Position numbers and translations under genes: made by a program. A model generated the notes under the pieces. The model ran no database searches. It saw only the letters and a program-made list of their open reading frames with translations, and was not told the origin of the DNA. From an uncultured Candidatus Saccharibacteria bacterium (GTDB lineage Bacteria > Patescibacteriota > Saccharimonadia > Saccharimonadales > Saccharimonadaceae), in assembly GCA_947570505.1 (NCBI GenBank), contig CANOTH010000002.1, positions 1,354-65,353 on the forward strand: a stretch of 64,000 bases of DNA, read 5' to 3'. Shown one piece after another: positions 29,600 to 38,629 of the stretch; position 1 is the first letter of the stretch, and each line of letters starts with the position of its first letter.

Positions 29600-30487
29600 A
29601 TGAGCACCATCAAATTCACAAGTTTATTACACCTATCGGATAAAGACATGAGCAGCCTCAAACTCGTGTTTAATAGTAACTGGCAGTATAATGTTGAGGA
29701 ACAGGCTCTAGAGGTTGTAGAGAAACTTGGCAATGAGTCGAGATATTTTGATTTGCGTGATATGTACCGTTCTAACGAGGTTGCCGTCGTGAAAGAGTCG
29801 GTCAAAACGCATAACCCTGACCATAAAAGATTCAAAAATGGTGATGTAGTATTTTGCTTTATTTCATTTGGTGGTAAGGACTGGTTATTTGTCAACGCTT
29901 ATAGAGTTTTAGACGACAGCAAGTTCTTGATTGAGGCAGACGAGTCGGCTTTTCCAGACATGGCAGGCTACATTGGTAGATTAGTAATCACTTGGGAAGA
30001 CCGCAAAACGATGAATATTGTCATGAAGGATAGGGATACTATCAACGGACTGACGGTCAAGACTATCCTCGAACAGCCTTACAATGAACTTGGCGAAGAT
30101 TTTCCAGGCTACGAGAACGTAGATCTGTCATGGAGCGATCTACGCAGAGTTTTGAAGTTCAAGAACTGGCAAACAGCACTAGAAAATCAAAAAGGGGTTT
30201 ATCTTATAACCGATACAGCCACAAACAAGCGTTACGTTGGTTCGGCTTATGGCGATAATATGCTACTAGGCAGGTGGCGGAACTACGCAGAAAATGGGCA
30301 TGGTGGCAACAAGGAGCTGAAAGCCCTAGTGGAAGAAAATGGCTTGGAATATGTGAAGAATAATTTCCGCTACTCAATTCTTGATATTTATAAATCTACA
30401 ACGGATGATGAGGCGATTATTGCCAGAGAGTCTTGGTGGAAGAATATTCTGCTAACTCGTGGAGATTACGGCTATAACGCAAATTAG
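29600..30487 (+). CDS. GIY-YIG nuclease family protein
   Basis: GVYLITD...YVGSA...RW...HGGN...RESWWK. Confidence 0.88.
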   Translation: MSTIKFTSLLHLSDKDMSSLKLVFNSNWQYNVEEQALEVVEKLGNESRYFDLRDMYRSNEVAVVKESVKTHNPDHKRFKNGDVVFCFISFGGKDWLFVNAYRVLDDSKFLIEADESAFPDMAGYIGRLVITWEDRKTMNIVMKDRDTINGLTVKTILEQPYNELGEDFPGYENVDLSWSDLRRVLKFKNWQTALENQKGVYLITDTATNKRYVGSAYGDNMLLGRWRNYAENGHGGNKELKALVEENGLEYVKNNFRYSILDIYKSTTDDEAIIARESWWKNILLTRGDYGYNAN

Positions 30488-30540
30488 GGTTTATTTTTAG
30501 CGAGAAAAGTCACATAATTCAAGGCAAGGAGCATGAATAT

Positions 30541-31320
30541 ATGATAAGTTTTACGTCTATATTAACCGCTGTTAAGGGTGCAAGTCTTGCCACAAAGGTA
30601 GGTCTTAGCGTTGGAGTGGTTGCAATCGTAGCAGGTGGCACTGCCGGAACGGTAGCGATTATAAATGCCAACAAACCACACGAGGAGACGCAAATTGTCG
30701 CTGGTAACTCAAATGATGACAACTACCTATCCGAGCAAGATAATACGCAAATTGGAGAAACTGGAGAGTCTAAGGACGATAATAACGAGAGCGAGCAGGT
30801 ACCTAACGATAATAAGCCAACAACTAACAACTCACAAACTACCCCACAAAACCCAAATAATAGCTCAGCCTCTAATAATCAGTCAAGTAGTACTTCTTCC
30901 GCCTCTAAACCAAGCACCCCTGCCGCTCAGCCCTCTCAACCCATCCAACCCTCTGCTCCAAGCCAGCCATCACAGCCTACGCAACCAACTAAAAAACCTG
31001 ATTATAACTTGAACGACAGATACGTTGTAGGGAGTAGTACTTATGCGTTTTATACTTATGATGATACTACAAGCCAATGCTCGTTAGCAGAAGAAAAATC
31101 CTTCTTTGGGATAGCAAAGTTTGCAGGCACCTCTAACGATTTATGGAGTGGTTCACATGGTAGCCAATATGCAGCGTATGCAAAATCCAAAGGCTACGAT
31201 ACCGCTCATTGTGGTGGCATGGGAGCAGCCATGATGTCGTGGGAAGAAGCAATCAGTCGAGGCATAGCGCTTGACGAAGCAAAATGTGCCCAGTATGGTC
31301 TAAGTTGTGGAAGATGGTAA
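30541..31320 (+). CDS. Membrane-anchored Asn/Ser/Pro/Gln-rich protein
   Basis: N-terminal TM, low-complexity stalk, Cys-containing C-terminal domain. Confidence 0.75.
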   Translation: MISFTSILTAVKGASLATKVGLSVGVVAIVAGGTAGTVAIINANKPHEETQIVAGNSNDDNYLSEQDNTQIGETGESKDDNNESEQVPNDNKPTTNNSQTTPQNPNNSSASNNQSSSTSSASKPSTPAAQPSQPIQPSAPSQPSQPTQPTKKPDYNLNDRYVVGSSTYAFYTYDDTTSQCSLAEEKSFFGIAKFAGTSNDLWSGSHGSQYAAYAKSKGYDTAHCGGMGAAMMSWEEAISRGIALDEAKCAQYGLSCGRW

Positions 31321-31338
31321 AATAGAACTAGGAAAATC

Positions 31339-31776
31339 ATGACAAAAGATAACACGAGCAGTTTCAGTAAATTAGAACAGAACTTTAAGGATCTGCTCAT
31401 GGAACGTTGTGGCAGACTCCCTTATTTTATGGAAGTTCTATCTGAAAAACATGCTTTTAAGTTTCCGAAGATTACTGAAGATTTATTAGAACCTGATACA
31501 CAATGCTTTATATCTATTCCGGGTATGTTCGGTGGCTTTGCGTATTATCTTGAGGAAATGGGCGATAAGTTTGTGCTATACGCTGAACAGTCCAGTCGTA
31601 TGAATCACGATAGCAATGATTATTTATATTTTGAGATTACCGAAAGCGGGAGTAAAAAGCTCGAGGGCGAAGAACGAGACATAATGCGGAAAAAGTTTTG
31701 CGAGCTGGCCAAGAAAGCCCATGAGAAGCATTTACAAAAGCTAAAAGCAATGAGAGAAAGCGAAAGAGCAATATGA
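31339..31776 (+). CDS. Hypothetical protein
   Basis: 145 aa ORF in an operon-like arrangement. Confidence 0.7.
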   Translation: MTKDNTSSFSKLEQNFKDLLMERCGRLPYFMEVLSEKHAFKFPKITEDLLEPDTQCFISIPGMFGGFAYYLEEMGDKFVLYAEQSSRMNHDSNDYLYFEITESGSKKLEGEERDIMRKKFCELAKKAHEKHLQKLKAMRESERAI

Positions 31777-31973
31777 ACCCAGTGAGCGAAAACAGTGTTA
31801 CCATTATGAAATATAAATCTCTGGACGGGGTGTATGATTTTAAGTGCCTTGATAAGTGGAACGTAGCAGATGAAGTGGAACGGCTAGACGTAATGATTGA
31901 GGAGAAGAAAAAGTTAGAGGCTGAGGGTTATGAAGTTCTATGGATCAAAACTCTGCCGATATTCGATTTGTAG
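31773..31973 (+). CDS. Small hypothetical protein, probable paralog of 32842-33054
   Basis: ATGA overlap with upstream gene; SVTIMKY..DG.Y motif. Confidence 0.65.
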   Translation: MNPVSENSVTIMKYKSLDGVYDFKCLDKWNVADEVERLDVMIEEKKKLEAEGYEVLWIKTLPIFDL

Positions 31974-31991
31974 ATACAATCTCGGTATAAT

Positions 31992-32678
31992 ATGGTGTAT
32001 GATAAAAGGTGTAGTATGGAACTTTTTCAATCTTTCGATAATGATATAAGTTATAAAGATATTTTACAACTTGACGGTGCTTTTGCTGTTGCTCATATAA
32101 ACTATGGGAAGTCGCCGATATTTAACGGTGAAGATAGTCAAAATCTAGCATTGAGCTCGAGGTGTAATAGCCTATCCTCCTCAAAACAACTTGATGATGT
32201 TTTAAACCGCATGCGATTATTTGATGGTACTGAGCAAAATCTCAAAGAAGAAGACCAAATACCGCTATGGGAGAACTTTTGGCTTGAATATGTCAACACA
32301 TTTAATATACTCACAGATTTATTGCCTAACTCTGTAGTTACTGTATATATAGGTCGGCATGCTATAGAAATTGGCTTTAAATATTTGTTGCTAAAGGCTA
32401 ATGTGAAGTTAAATCCCACGCACGATCTAGGAGAACTCGCAGATACATTTTTTGACAAATGCAACATTACTGATGACTATATGGAATGGGTTAACGATTT
32501 TTGCAGGAACTTTTGCAGATACATTGAAGGCAGGAATGCGGAGTATTTTAGGTATCCAGAGTATAAAAATAATACCTTTTTTGCTGGCAATTGCCTAGAC
32601 ATTAACTGGATGAATTATAATTTCGCGTTAATTCTATTAAAATTAATCCACTACGCTGGCATAGATGCGGCAGTATAG
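31992..32678 (+). CDS. Hypothetical protein, HEPN-like
   Basis: RHAIEIGFK...HDL...FRYP pattern; start uncertain. Confidence 0.6.
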   Translation: MVYDKRCSMELFQSFDNDISYKDILQLDGAFAVAHINYGKSPIFNGEDSQNLALSSRCNSLSSSKQLDDVLNRMRLFDGTEQNLKEEDQIPLWENFWLEYVNTFNILTDLLPNSVVTVYIGRHAIEIGFKYLLLKANVKLNPTHDLGELADTFFDKCNITDDYMEWVNDFCRNFCRYIEGRNAEYFRYPEYKNNTFFAGNCLDINWMNYNFALILLKLIHYAGIDAAV

Positions 32679-32841
32679 AAGAACATAGATGCATTTGATG
32701 AACCACTGTTATCGCAACGGCACCTCGGCTAAACGGTAAATGGACGAGTAGTTTTTTTGTAGGGCATAACTGCTAGTTGTAATACTAAGAGTTATATTTT
32801 TGTGCTTTACATTTTTATCATTTCTAACGATAATTGCTGTT

Positions 32842-33054
32842 ATGAAACATTTATCTCCAAAGTCAATTACGGTTATGAAGTATTTAGGTGCAGATGGAGA
32901 ATACCACTATGCCGAAGCGAACGACGTTACTTTTCCAAGTCTTGAAGATAGATTGAACTATTTAAGCCAATTGGAGTATAGACTTTGGGCTGACGGAGAA
33001 ATTGTTGAGCATATATGGACGAGAACATCGAGCAATTGCGAGGTGGAGTCTTAA
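32842..33054 (+). CDS. Small hypothetical protein, probable paralog of 31773-31973
   Basis: SITVMKY..DG.Y motif. Confidence 0.6.
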   Translation: MKHLSPKSITVMKYLGADGEYHYAEANDVTFPSLEDRLNYLSQLEYRLWADGEIVEHIWTRTSSNCEVES

Positions 33055-33288
33055 ATGACGTTGATAAATGAAGACTGGAAGCCTAACTTTTACAAATATG
33101 AAAAAGTCCGTAGGAGTGGTAGATACAATATGATTATGGAAGCCGATAAAGCAATTAAAACTTGCGACATAAGTAGTCGAGAGTACCGAGATATTATGCT
33201 AAACTACAATCACTATAAAAGGTACGTTGAAGCGAAATACGGGTCGGTTGATAAGTTTATGAGGAAGTATAAGAAATGCGGCTACTAG
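33055..33288 (+). CDS. Small phage-type protein (DUF5049-like)
   Basis: YEKVRRSGRYNM motif. Confidence 0.55.
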   Translation: MTLINEDWKPNFYKYEKVRRSGRYNMIMEADKAIKTCDISSREYRDIMLNYNHYKRYVEAKYGSVDKFMRKYKKCGY

Positions 33289-33572
33289 ATTACGAGTGTC
33301 AAACTACCTTTTGGGAAGATTTTAGTATAGCGGAACGTTTTGGAGCGGAAGCAATTAGGGATACTTATAAAAGGGCTAGGGCGGAATGGGAGCGTGATCA
33401 GGTTTACGGAACAGAACTAGCCATGATACTTAATCATAAATGCTGGTATTGGCACGAGAAAAACAATACTTTTAGTAAACTTTATGCCGAACTTTGGGAA
33501 GAATATCATGATTGGGTATTAGACCATTGGACCAGTGAGGATTTGGGGTATTATTTAAGGATTACGGATTAG
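33276..33572 (+). CDS. Small phage-type hypothetical protein
   Basis: TTFWEDFSIAERFG...LNHKCW; overlaps upstream gene. Confidence 0.65.
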   Translation: MRLLDYECQTTFWEDFSIAERFGAEAIRDTYKRARAEWERDQVYGTELAMILNHKCWYWHEKNNTFSKLYAELWEEYHDWVLDHWTSEDLGYYLRITD

Positions 33573-33614
33573 CATGACGTATATAATATAGTTTCGTGGT
33601 GAAGTGTTTTTAGT

Positions 33615-34421
33615 CTAGCCTTCTGTACTTGGGAATATGTAGTTAATTATACCCATGAAGTCGTGTATTTTTGATACTTCAAGTCTGAATGTTTTACCAT
33701 ACAAGACGCAAGTCGTTAATCTTAAACCGTTCTCGTGAATCGACAACAAGCTTATTGCTCCTAGGGAGCTTTCATGAATGGCTTCCTGTAAATTATTTGC
33801 TATTATTTGCAGATCGACTTTTAATTCTTTATCTGGTGGTGTTGGCATAATTAGTATTGAGCTGATTTGAGACGGAGTAGATAAGTCAATATGTTTTTCT
33901 ATAATACGTTGAACAGCTTGTTCTTCTAGGTCAACTGTTTGCCTAGCGTACGGATTTGCCATGGTGGATTTCGCTTCAATTGGTAATACTATGCCACCAT
34001 TGAGGTCGGCACTGAAAATTCCAATTGCTCCGTCTATACTGCCTGATTTAGAATTGGTAAAATGTTGTATTTCACTTTGCTGGCTTACAGATTGCCAAAG
34101 CTGACGAATATCAACATCTTTTGTTTTAGTACGATTCATAATGCCCCAGATGGATTCACCTAGCATTAACTCATAAATTCGCTGATCTGGACAGAAACTT
34201 AAGTCTTTAAACTCTTCTTGCCTGGATACTTTAGCATTCAGCGATGTTTGCATTACTTTTGGATTCAGAGCATTCTTTAAGTTAATAAGTGTTCTCTCTA
34301 GATATTCACAAATTTTATTATGTAGCAGTTTTTGTTGTCCTACTGCCTGTAATTTTAAAACTATATTTTTATTATATGTGGCATTAAAATTTATAATTTT
34401 TGGATGGTGCTCATCATACAT
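33615..34421 (-). CDS. Hypothetical protein, possible PD-(D/E)xK nuclease
   Basis: IDG...PIEAKS motif; ATG 7 nt after TGCTATAAT. Confidence 0.55.
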   Translation of the reverse strand: MYDEHHPKIINFNATYNKNIVLKLQAVGQQKLLHNKICEYLERTLINLKNALNPKVMQTSLNAKVSRQEEFKDLSFCPDQRIYELMLGESIWGIMNRTKTKDVDIRQLWQSVSQQSEIQHFTNSKSGSIDGAIGIFSADLNGGIVLPIEAKSTMANPYARQTVDLEEQAVQRIIEKHIDLSTPSQISSILIMPTPPDKELKVDLQIIANNLQEAIHESSLGAISLLSIHENGLRLTTCVLYGKTFRLEVSKIHDFMGIINYIFPSTEG

Positions 34422-34663
34422 ATCATTATTATAGCACAAGTTTGGCACTTTGTCGGTATGAGTGCTAACTTTTGAATTATGATTATTGGTGTTTTTCGCT
34501 ATTTTCCTCTAGGTAGACGGGTAATGCCTGCTGAACCTTGGTCCACCAACCTATGTAATGAATTTGCCTTTTAGGCAATTTTTTGATGTTACTTAACTCT
34601 TATAAGAGCCTAAAAAGAGTGAACCTCGTTGGAAGCTCACTCTTTGATACGTCTAGTTGTGTA

Positions 34664-35308
34664 TTATTTGACGAACTCAAGAGACTTAATAATTTGGTCG
34701 CCCTTGCTTTCCCATTCGTCGCGGACATCTTCCATACAGACGAAGTTTACCATAGATAATTTTTTGTTGTCATCTGGGAAGAAAATCATATGGCTGTAAT
34801 CTTTTGATCCGCCAGATTTGACTTCCATCTTGATGCTGGCGACTTTGTGACCGTCAACCTCGTAGAGTTCGCTAGAAATGAGGCTGTTACCGAGGGCAGT
34901 TTTCATGAGATCGAGATACTGTTGCATGTCGTCGTTTTCAATTTCAGTGTCATTTTGAGTGAGAGCGACACCAACATTCTGGTCTTTGTCGAGATAAGCT
35001 ACAAATGGCTCATCTTGATCAAGGTCGAAGTATTTTTCGGCATCTTCACGGCTGACTTTGTCCAGCCCGGCGGCAACTTTGACACGGAACTTAAAGTCGC
35101 TGGTGTCGCTCCATTGCTCACTACCACCGGTCATCTTGCAGATAGCAAAGATGATTAGGCCTAGAACTACTAAACCACCAATAATGCCAGCAATAATTCC
35201 CCAAAGCTTCTTGTTGTTTTTGCTGGAAGCGGTTTTTGAGGTCTTCTCAGACTTAGTAGATGACGTTTTAGATGTTGATGTTTTGGACTTATTTTGTGGT
35301 TCTGCCAC
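34664..35308 (-). CDS. Hypothetical membrane-anchored protein
   Basis: K/T/S-rich N-terminus, one TM; AAGGAG SD. Confidence 0.75.
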   Translation of the reverse strand: MAEPQNKSKTSTSKTSSTKSEKTSKTASSKNNKKLWGIIAGIIGGLVVLGLIIFAICKMTGGSEQWSDTSDFKFRVKVAAGLDKVSREDAEKYFDLDQDEPFVAYLDKDQNVGVALTQNDTEIENDDMQQYLDLMKTALGNSLISSELYEVDGHKVASIKMEVKSGGSKDYSHMIFFPDDNKKLSMVNFVCMEDVRDEWESKGDQIIKSLEFVK

Positions 35309-35365
35309 GTTAACTCCTTATAAAATATTAAAGTTGATTATCCCTATTATATAATAAAATTCTGA

Positions 35366-35581
35366 CTATTGGTCATTTTCGAGAATAATTTGACTTTTTC
35401 GAAGTTTTTCTTGGGAGTGGTTGATCATATTTTCGGTTTGACGGACTTGCTCTTGGTGGCCTACTAGAGCAGCATATGGAGAGAATTGAGCCGCTCGTTT
35501 GTTTAATGGCATTGGAGGATGTTTAGAAGAAATGTGCCGGGGGAGATTAAGAATTTGATGATATTTTTGAGTATCTTCCAT
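35366..35581 (-). CDS. YolD-like small protein linked to the Y-family polymerase
   Basis: HPPMP...RAAQFSPYAAL motif; directly downstream of the polymerase. Confidence 0.7.
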   Translation of the reverse strand: MEDTQKYHQILNLPRHISSKHPPMPLNKRAAQFSPYAALVGHQEQVRQTENMINHSQEKLRKSQIILENDQ

Positions 35582-35593
35582 TACTTGAACCTC

Positions 35594-37096
35594 CTAAGCT
35601 TGATGCCCGCCAATTTGATGATTGCGGTTGATCATGGTAGCACCAGCTTCAAAATTTAGACCACGCAGGATGGCATTTTTGCCATATTTTTGGCGGATTC
35701 TTAGGACGGCATCTTGCAGACGGGATTCGCGTTTTTTGGCTTGGTTTTCAGCATATTCTTGTTGTAGTAGTTGCTCTGGGTTTGTAAAAAGGTCAATTTG
35801 AGTGTAATGCTTTGTAGTTGCATTAGCTTGAGGATTAGATAAGTTATCGGCGCAGAGAGTAATTTTGCGAATAGTAAAGCCAGGCTGGACAATTTGTTGA
35901 TAGAGCTTAGCGAAGGTTGAAATAATGGTGCTACAGGATTGAGACTTTGCTGATAATCTGATAGTACCATGAGCTGGTTTGGGCACTAAGCGCCCATAAT
36001 GATCACGTTTAATCTCACTATGGTGCTTTGAGAGAGCCTGAGAGTTGCTGATATTGCTACGGTCATAATTAATGTGGAGAGTAAGTTGGTCGGTGAGGAA
36101 ATTTTTTTGAGTTAGTTCCATGGCAAGTTGCTCGGCCATTTCTTTGACGATGATTTCTGCTTCGGCAGAATTGTATGGTCTACTTAGGACTTGGCCAGAG
36201 CTGAGACTTTTGGTTTCGGGTTGATAGTTTTTGATATCTTTGAGACTTACACACTCGTATCCCCAGCTATGGTCAATTAGTAATTCTGCATTAACTCCAA
36301 AAAGTTGATATAGCAAATCTTCGTGGTAAGTGGAACATAGCGCAACATCACCCATAGTATATATACCGTGGTTGGCAAGACTTTTGGCATAACCACGTCC
36401 GACTCGCCAGAAGTCGGTGATGGGCTGGTGCGACCAGAGTTGCTTGCGAAAAGTCATTTCATCGAGTGAAGCAATACGCACTCCAGCACGGTTCGCGGGT
36501 GTGTGCTTGGCCACGATATCCATGGCAACTTTGGCCAGAAAGAGGTTGGAGCCAATACCAGCAGTAGCGGTGATACCAGTAGCATGATAGACGGCTTGGA
36601 TGATTTTGGTGACAAATTCTTCTGGAGTGGCTTGATGCATATGCAAATAGCTGGTGATGTCACAAAAAACTTCATCAATTGAATAAGCATAAAGATCTTC
36701 TGGGGCAACAAATTGGAGGTAAGTTTGGTAAATGCGGTTACTATAATCCAAATAAAATTGCATGCGCGGAGTAGCAGTAATAAAATCCAGTTCGAGCTCG
36801 GGGCATTTAAGTAACCGAGCATGATTGGTGGATTTGCCAGTGAATTGATGATCAGGGGCTTTTTGTTGACGTTCATAATTAATTTCGCGAACTTTGGCCA
36901 TGACTTCAAAGAGCCGGGCGCGTCCTCCAATCCCGTAAGATTTGAGCGAGGGCGAAACGGCTAGGCAAATAGTTTTGTCGGTGCGGGTGCGATCAGCTAC
37001 GACGAGGTTGGTCGTGAGTGGATCTAGACCACGTTCATGACATTCGACGGAAGCATAAAAAGACTTTAAATCAATCGCTGCATACACCTTCTCCAT
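35594..37096 (-). CDS. Y-family DNA polymerase (UmuC/ImpB/MucB/SamB-like)
   Basis: IDLKSFYASVEC, YSIDEVF and terminal IGGH motifs. Confidence 0.92.
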   Translation of the reverse strand: MEKVYAAIDLKSFYASVECHERGLDPLTTNLVVADRTRTDKTICLAVSPSLKSYGIGGRARLFEVMAKVREINYERQQKAPDHQFTGKSTNHARLLKCPELELDFITATPRMQFYLDYSNRIYQTYLQFVAPEDLYAYSIDEVFCDITSYLHMHQATPEEFVTKIIQAVYHATGITATAGIGSNLFLAKVAMDIVAKHTPANRAGVRIASLDEMTFRKQLWSHQPITDFWRVGRGYAKSLANHGIYTMGDVALCSTYHEDLLYQLFGVNAELLIDHSWGYECVSLKDIKNYQPETKSLSSGQVLSRPYNSAEAEIIVKEMAEQLAMELTQKNFLTDQLTLHINYDRSNISNSQALSKHHSEIKRDHYGRLVPKPAHGTIRLSAKSQSCSTIISTFAKLYQQIVQPGFTIRKITLCADNLSNPQANATTKHYTQIDLFTNPEQLLQQEYAENQAKKRESRLQDAVLRIRQKYGKNAILRGLNFEAGATMINRNHQIGGHQA

Positions 37097-37200
37097 ATTA
37101 TAAGTGTAGCATAAAGCTATGGTATAATTGAGATATTATGGCGAAGCTTCTGCGGATTTTAGTACAAGATGTGAATTTGGATTTGTAAAGAAAGGAGATT

Positions 37201-37848
37201 ATGAAGATTACTAAATTAGAACATTCGGGTGTGGTTTTGGAAAAGGATGGGCGCAGGCTGGTTTTTGATCCAGTGGAGTTTGAAGAAACTTTGCCAAATC
37301 TAGAAGAAGTAGCGGCGATTATCATTACGCATAAGCACGGAGATCATTTGCAGAAGGCTCAGATTGAGAAGATTTTGGCTCAAAATCCTACGGCAAAACT
37401 ATTTGCCGTAGGGGATGCTGGTGATGAGCTGCCGAAGGCAGAGCTACTGGCGGACGATGAGGTGTTGGAGATAGGCGGCTTTAGTTTGCGGATGTTTGGC
37501 CATGATCATGCCGAGATCGTTGATGGTGAAGTTCCCTGTCAAAATATTGGTGTAGTGGTGGATGAGATGCTAGTTAATCCAGGCGATTCGTTTGACTTAC
37601 CGGAGATGGATCGGCAGATTGAGGTGTTTTTGGTGCCGAGTGCTGCGCCATGGTGTAAGGTCTCTGAAGGAATGGAGTATATCAAGTTGGCAAAACCGAA
37701 GATGGTGATACCAGTACATAATGCAGTGCTATCAGAGCTGGGTAATAGCTTTAATAATAATTGGCTGAAGAGAGCTTGTGATGAAGTTGGGGCTGAGTTG
37801 AAAGCCTTGGCGGTGGGTGAAAGTTTGGAGATTGAGCAAGAACCATGA
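37201..37848 (+). CDS. MBL-fold metallo-hydrolase
   Basis: THKHGDH, PGDS and PVH motifs. Confidence 0.88.
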   Translation: MKITKLEHSGVVLEKDGRRLVFDPVEFEETLPNLEEVAAIIITHKHGDHLQKAQIEKILAQNPTAKLFAVGDAGDELPKAELLADDEVLEIGGFSLRMFGHDHAEIVDGEVPCQNIGVVVDEMLVNPGDSFDLPEMDRQIEVFLVPSAAPWCKVSEGMEYIKLAKPKMVIPVHNAVLSELGNSFNNNWLKRACDEVGAELKALAVGESLEIEQEP

Positions 37849-38360
37849 TTAAATATATTTTTCATCCGGACTATCTACCCGAAGAGGAATTTTCGCGGGT
37901 ACATGCTTTGCTGGTGACTGGCGATGAGAGGATTTTGATGCGAGTAAAAAATGGTGAACCGCGGATTACGGGTGGACATATTGATCCAGATGATGTAGAT
38001 ATGTATGCAGCCTTGGGGCGCGAGGTACTAGAAGAGATTAATTGTGAGATTGATCGAGTAACCTACGTGGGGTATTTAGAAATGATTGATGAAGACACTG
38101 GTGAGCATGAATTTTGGGCGCGGATGATAGCGCTGGTAAGTAAGATCCTGCCGCCTAGAGCTGATCCAGATCGTGAGGAAGAGTGGATTTATGGACGAAT
38201 TCTAGCTCCGATTGAAGTTGCAACTGAGGAGCTAGCCCAGGCTTTTCCAACTAATAGAGAATTTGTGAAAGAAGCCTTAAAGGTAGCTCGTGAGCAAGAT
38301 TTTTGGACGGATTTACCTAGTGAGGAATATGAAGTACTGAATACGGAAAAGCATAGCTAA
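37845..38360 (+). CDS. NUDIX hydrolase
   Basis: GGH...ALGREVLEE Nudix box. Confidence 0.8.
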   Translation: MIKYIFHPDYLPEEEFSRVHALLVTGDERILMRVKNGEPRITGGHIDPDDVDMYAALGREVLEEINCEIDRVTYVGYLEMIDEDTGEHEFWARMIALVSKILPPRADPDREEEWIYGRILAPIEVATEELAQAFPTNREFVKEALKVAREQDFWTDLPSEEYEVLNTEKHS

Positions 38361-38629
38361 TGTTCGGCTTGGCTTTTGATATTTTGTAGTTCAAAACGGT
38401 ATTTTTGGGGCTTAGTTCCCTGTGGGATTTTGTCTGGCTCGATTTCGCTGAGGAACATATCTTTTGGTCGAGCGCAGAGATGATGCTGAACAAATTTTTC
38501 GCCGTTGTAAAGTCCGCGATAAATCACAAGTTCTTCGCCAGTTTCACTATGAGTAGCGATATCTTCAACGATGTAATAATCGCCTTTGTAGTGGCGGTAG
38601 ATGCCATGGATAACTAATTTATTCATCAA
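38357..38629 (-). CDS. DUF1653 domain protein
   Basis: YRHYKG...HSETGE.LVIYR.LY...RP..MF. Confidence 0.85.
   Translation of the reverse strand: MMNKLVIHGIYRHYKGDYYIVEDIATHSETGEELVIYRGLYNGEKFVQHHLCARPKDMFLSEIEPDKIPQGTKPQKYRFELQNIKSQAEH

Larger units (their letters stand above)
23442..34548. mobile_element. ~11 kb integrative element (satellite/island-like) at tRNA-Leu
   Basis: Serine recombinase abutting the tRNA, SSB-like and NTPase genes, cargo; CCACCA core repeated at 34543-34548 before a terminator. Confidence 0.75.

Noticed and set aside
23442-34548. Complete prophage
   Set aside because: No terminase, capsid, tail or lysis genes recognised.
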